Source: Fervidobacterium sp. (GTDB lineage Bacteria > Thermotogota > Thermotogae > Thermotogales > Fervidobacteriaceae). Taken from it: 64,000 nucleotides of DNA. The first letter of the stretch is position 1. Each line of letters opens with the position of its first letter. The DNA is taken from NCBI GenBank assembly GCA_049970055.1, contig JBMFNR010000004.1:32001-96000 (forward strand), given 5' to 3'. Made by a program: the position numbers and the translations under genes. Below, one piece after another: positions 62,233 through 64,000 of the stretch. Below the pieces are notes generated by a model. That model had not been told where the DNA came from. It worked only from the letters and a program-made list of their open reading frames with translations, and ran no database searches.

Positions 62233-63012
62233 CTACTCCATTTCCTCGCTTGTTACACATGCATAAGCGTTATGTGCATGGATCGACTCAAAACTTTCAA
62301 CTTCAACGGTGTACCATATTATTCTATCACAATTCTTTAATTTTAACGCAACATCGCGTGCCACGTCCTCAACAAACTTCGGATTGTCGTAAGCGTGTTC
62401 AGTAATATACTTTTCATCAGGCCTTTTCAATAACGTGAATATTGGCGCACTTGCATTTTTCTCAACGATGTCTATTATATCTTCTATCCACACCATTTCT
62501 TTACTTTTAAATGTGACCTTACAGATAGCCCTCTGATTATGTGCGCCGTAATTGCTTATTTCTTTTGAACAAGGACAGAGCGTATGAATTGGCACTACGA
62601 CCGTTGTCGAAAAATCCAATGTTTCATCAATCATCTCAGCTTCAAAGGAACACAAATATTCCAAATAACTCTCTATACCGGTAACAGGGGCCTTTTTTGA
62701 TAAAAAGTAAGGAAAACTAATTTCAATGGCAGATTTTTTGGCTCTTAAAGCATCCTTCAAACTTTTCAGTATCTCCTTAATTCTTTTGGGATTAATCTCT
62801 AAATGATATTCATTTAAAACTTCTATAAACCTACTCATATGTGTACCACGATAATTTTTTGGCAAATCCACAAACATGCTAATATTTGCAATGGTATGTT
62901 GACTACCTCTGTTTTTGTCTAATACAACGATGGGATATCGTACGTTCTTTACACCTACTCTTTTCAAGTATATATTTCTCTTATCTTCTTGGCTTTGTAC
63001 ATCTTTTAACAT
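62233..63012 (-). CDS. folE2: GTP cyclohydrolase IB
   Basis: RGTHMSRF, LCPCSKEIS, GAHNQR, PKFVED and ESIHAH motifs. Confidence 0.95.
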   Translation of the reverse strand: MLKDVQSQEDKRNIYLKRVGVKNVRYPIVVLDKNRGSQHTIANISMFVDLPKNYRGTHMSRFIEVLNEYHLEINPKRIKEILKSLKDALRAKKSAIEISFPYFLSKKAPVTGIESYLEYLCSFEAEMIDETLDFSTTVVVPIHTLCPCSKEISNYGAHNQRAICKVTFKSKEMVWIEDIIDIVEKNASAPIFTLLKRPDEKYITEHAYDNPKFVEDVARDVALKLKNCDRIIWYTVEVESFESIHAHNAYACVTSEEME

Positions 63013-63041
63013 ACTGTACCTCCAAATATGTATTTACCAAT

Positions 63042-63572
63042 TTACCGTTTATCCAGATTATTCAATATGTTATCAATCTGTTTTCTTACATCATCTGATG
63101 ATATTTCACGAAGAATATGCAAGGCTTCTTTTCTGTAAACGGAATACTGAAATTTATTGATAAAAGAGGATAAAAATAACTTCGCACTTTCAAACTCACC
63201 AGCTTTATATAAAGACATTCCAAGATAAAAATATATTTCGTCCATCCAAGGGTTATCTGTATCCTTTATAGCCCTTAGCAGCGCAGCAGCATCTGAATAA
63301 TTGCCTTCTCTGTAAGAAATCATCGCTCTGTCAAGTTTAGAGCGTATATCCGTTAAGAGTTTCTTTGAAACGAGTGGTTCGAGTTCTTTAAGATTATTTT
63401 TACTGATAAATCCAGGAAATTCTTTACTTTCGGTTGTATAAAGCTCGTATGCTTTTATAACTTTCTTTGCTCGTTCTAACTGGTTAGATACATTGATGAA
63501 CGAAAGGTATGTAATTAAAAATAACAATCCAAAAACAGATGATATTGTCAAAAGTATCTTCTCAAATTTCAT
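63042..63572 (-). CDS. Membrane-anchored TPR protein
   Basis: N-terminal TM; IYFYLGMSLYKAGEFESA TPR. Probable start ATG 63572. Confidence 0.7.
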   Translation of the reverse strand: MKFEKILLTISSVFGLLFLITYLSFINVSNQLERAKKVIKAYELYTTESKEFPGFISKNNLKELEPLVSKKLLTDIRSKLDRAMISYREGNYSDAAALLRAIKDTDNPWMDEIYFYLGMSLYKAGEFESAKLFLSSFINKFQYSVYRKEALHILREISSDDVRKQIDNILNNLDKR

Positions 63573-63619
63573 TTTTCCACCCTTTTCAAATTTTCTCCTT
63601 TTCCACGTTTTTGAATGCA

Positions 63620-64000
63620 TTAAAACAGGTATAGTTTTACCAATTTACCGTCAACAATTTTGTACACGACTACATCTTTGTTTATTCCATCCTCTGTAAA
63701 ATAATAAACTTTCTCCTTTAATCTTATTACGTTATGCTTCAAAAATCGTTTAAATTGTTCGACTGTTAAGAAACGGTTTTCCGCTAAGAAATCTAAAACC
63801 TCGTTAATCAAATCTATCTCTGATGACACGACAGGTTCTATACTGTAAATCAAATAGCTACCTTCAGCAGCTTGACCGCCTAATGCTAAAAAGTCGCCAA
63901 TTTCCACACTATCAAGACCCACAATTTTTATCGCTGGATTACTTTGCTTTAATTTCTTAACAGCTTCCGCTGATGGTTTCGCAAACAAGGTTAAAACAAC
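63620..64000 (-). CDS. C-terminal part of a protein resembling periplasmic binding (LivJ/LppC-like) proteins, 5'-truncated
   Basis: Open to window edge; LGGQAAEGSY and YFTEDG..KDVVVYKIVDGKL motifs. Confidence 0.5.
   Translation of the reverse strand, partial: VVLTLFAKPSAEAVKKLKQSNPAIKIVGLDSVEIGDFLALGGQAAEGSYLIYSIEPVVSSEIDLINEVLDFLAENRFLTVEQFKRFLKHNVIRLKEKVYYFTEDGINKDVVVYKIVDGKLVKLYLF

Overview
AT-rich bacterial chromosome segment whose proteins look like Thermotogota (Fervidobacterium/Thermosipho-like; judged from sequence style, not a search). It is mostly intact housekeeping DNA: gltX-cysS-proS-rtcB, rpsF-ssb-rpsR, lnt-dnaB-coaD-holA-era, infC-rpmI-rplT, ffh-rpsP-khpA-rimM-trmD-rplS-lepB, five tRNAs and a rubredoxin missed by the ORF track. 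No IS, phage or CRISPR array was seen. The most interesting items are: (1) a ~5.3 kb four-gene envelope cluster (28.6-33.9 kb) of LPP20/FlgT/CsgG-like domains plus an outer-membrane beta-barrel, with every gene broken by stops or frameshifts; (2) a two-state RNA switch that can hide the RBS of a DEAD-box helicase; (3) an NqrBCDEF operon with no nqrA and a short NqrB; (4) an exported protein with tandem cytochrome-b5-like domains and a frameshifted His-rich membrane partner; (5) scattered Pel-like polysaccharide genes (pelF, DUF2194 deacetylase, distant GH114-like hydrolase) and c-di-GMP-type proteins; (6) a probable second AUU-initiated gene besides infC. Family assignments come from motif recognition by eye and need HMM or structure confirmation.
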